DNA from: Rhodospirillaceae bacterium | Lineage (GTDB): Bacteria > Pseudomonadota > Alphaproteobacteria > UBA6615 | Assembly (NCBI GenBank): GCA_002713365.1 | Contig: PASR01000002.1 | Location: 3,133 to 67,132, forward strand | Reading direction: 5' to 3' | Length of the DNA stretch: 64,000 nt | In this document: positions 62,926 through 64,000 of the stretch, one piece after another | How positions within the stretch are numbered: position 1 is the stretch's first letter | Layout: each line of letters opens with the position of its first letter | Program-made: the position numbers and the translations under genes | Notes under the pieces: model-generated | What the model was told of the DNA's origin: nothing | The model's database searches: none | The model's input: only the letters and a program-made list of their open reading frames with translations

Positions 62926-64000
62926 TTAAGTATTTTGTTTACGTTTTATGAGGTATGTAAAACTTCCAAATGCTAAAAAAGCTGCAGAACAAATAAGAAT
63001 TGATATGGGCAGAGCCGAATTAGAAGGTAACATACCAGCTAATTGAGCAAAACAAGCACCAACTGACATTTGTATAAATATTAGTAGTCCTGATGCTGAA
63101 CCAGCAATAGATGGTTTTACACTAACCCCCCCTGCTTGTGCGTTAGGCATTGATAAGCCATGACAGGCAGCCATTAATGCTCCAGGACCAAAAATAGCCC
63201 AAGGGGTCTTAAATCCCATTAGTATAATTACGATCATGGATAAGCCAATTAATAAGCTTGTAAAACTTGCCAGACCAATCATTTTATCTATGCCAACCAA
63301 CGGGGTAATCTTTGTACTGAAGAATGTGCCTATCAAAAAACCAGTCATGATTAACATTATAAAAAAACCAAAGTCTGATGGAGGCCGTTTATAGTAATCA
63401 ACCATAACGAAAGGCATTCCTCCTGCAAAACCCATAAACATTCCTACCCCAAAGCTGGCATAGCCGGTATAAGCCAAAAAATTTGTATCTTTTATGAGAA
63501 CTGGAAATGCGATAGTTATTTCGTTATAAAAATTTACTCCAGTTTTAATTGTAGCTGTTTCTCTGTAACCAAGAAAAGTAGAAATAAGAGCTATGATTCC
63601 TATTAAGGTGGTGCAGATAAATACGGTTTGCCAGCCATATAGTTTGGTAATAAACGCCCCTACAATTGGAGCAAATATTGGAGCTAAGATTATAATCGAC
63701 ATCATATAACCAATGATTTGTGCAGATTGTTCCCGACTATAAACGTCTCTAACTATGGCTCTACTAATTACCATGCCAGCAGCGCCTCCCGCTGCTTGTA
63801 TTACTCGCCCTAATATTAAGATTTCAATATTAGGAGACCAAAAACACAATAAGCTGCCAACGACAAAAATAGACAGTCCAGTTAACAATACTGGTTTTCT
63901 CCCAAATCTGTCAGCAGCCGGTCCATAAGCTATTGTAGAAAATGCCATGGCAAATAGCCCTAGGGATAAAGAAAGCTGAGTAATTCCGCTACTGCGCATA
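62926..64000 (-). CDS. MFS transporter (Bcr/CflA drug-resistance subfamily), N-terminus beyond the window
   Basis: The ORF is open to the window edge. GPAADRFGRKPVLLTGL (MFS motif A region) and about 10 hydrophobic helices are visible. It is convergent with pyk. Confidence 0.8.
   Translation of the reverse strand, partial: MRSSGITQLSLSLGLFAMAFSTIAYGPAADRFGRKPVLLTGLSIFVVGSLLCFWSPNIEILILGRVIQAAGGAAGMVISRAIVRDVYSREQSAQIIGYMMSIIILAPIFAPIVGAFITKLYGWQTVFICTTLIGIIALISTFLGYRETATIKTGVNFYNEITIAFPVLIKDTNFLAYTGYASFGVGMFMGFAGGMPFVMVDYYKRPPSDFGFFIMLIMTGFLIGTFFSTKITPLVGIDKMIGLASFTSLLIGLSMIVIILMGFKTPWAIFGPGALMAACHGLSMPNAQAGGVSVKPSIAGSASGLLIFIQMSVGACFAQLAGMLPSNSALPISILICSAAFLAFGSFTYLIKRKQNT

Noticed and set aside
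1-64000. Search for CRISPR arrays, IS elements, transposases, integrases, prophage genes, toxin-antitoxin pairs, tRNA and rRNA.
   Set aside because: I noticed no spaced direct repeats, no terminal inverted repeats with target duplications, no recombinase-like ORFs and no cloverleaf-capable GC-rich segments. The scan was by eye only, so short or degenerate elements could have been missed.

Overview
This is a dense 64-kb chromosomal segment from an AT-rich, marine-type proteobacterium. By eye GC is about 30-33 % between ~20.4 and ~37.8 kb and about 40-45 % on both sides. I can support about 55 intact protein genes, two genes broken by single in-frame stop codons, and one UGA-containing gene that the ORF track misses. 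I see no rRNA, tRNA, CRISPR array, transposase or integrase.

Gene order:
- TRAP transporter (dctP fragment, dctQ, dctM), an orphan 255-aa protein, and a GST.
- A cytoplasmic pyrogallol-transhydroxylase-like molybdoenzyme (alpha + Fe-S beta).
- Glycine-betaine ABC transporter (proVWX), quinone oxidoreductase, cytochrome c', and a lectin-like exported protein.
- Hydantoinase/oxoprolinase A+B, an NmrA-like protein, and an acyl-CoA synthetase.
- A low-GC block: YczE-like membrane protein, AhpD-like protein, BASS symporter, DUF4174, LLM oxidoreductase, SDR, photolyase, DUF2177, folE, SDR, CFA-synthase-like, DUF1365, FAD oxidoreductase, rpoE-chrR, OYE flavoenzyme, and a cupredoxin-like plus polytopic membrane protein pair.
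- An oxidoreductase/amidase-rich catabolic stretch: alpha/beta hydrolase, nitronate monooxygenase, GMC oxidoreductase, cupins, TPR-oxygenase, flavin reductase, NtaA-like monooxygenase, and two amidases.
- A Fur-box-controlled Fe(III) uptake locus, a SnoaL-like protein, a peroxiredoxin-like selenoprotein candidate, an orphan CoxL-like molybdoenzyme subunit, pyruvate kinase, and a truncated MFS transporter.

Most notable observations:
1. Six exact copies and one near copy of the motif (T/A)GATC(C/T)-N16-CGTA(A/T)(G/A). All are intergenic and correctly oriented, and three intergenic regions hold back-to-back pairs. Together they map a sigma-E/ChrR (singlet-oxygen type) regulon that here also reaches folE and an LLM oxidoreductase-DUF4174 unit.
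2. A GC-rich, 75-nt three-way-junction RNA element inside the folE leader.
3. An unannotated redoxin with the motif HW-UGA-PYC followed by a SECIS-like hairpin.
4. Single in-frame TAG and TGA codons in two genes of one catabolic cluster.
5. Several unusual domain or gene arrangements: an N-terminal extension on the molybdoenzyme, a cupredoxin-like plus Cys-rich membrane protein pair, passenger genes in the iron operon, and a probable ATC start codon.

All functional calls rest on motif-level reading of the translations. No database search was possible.
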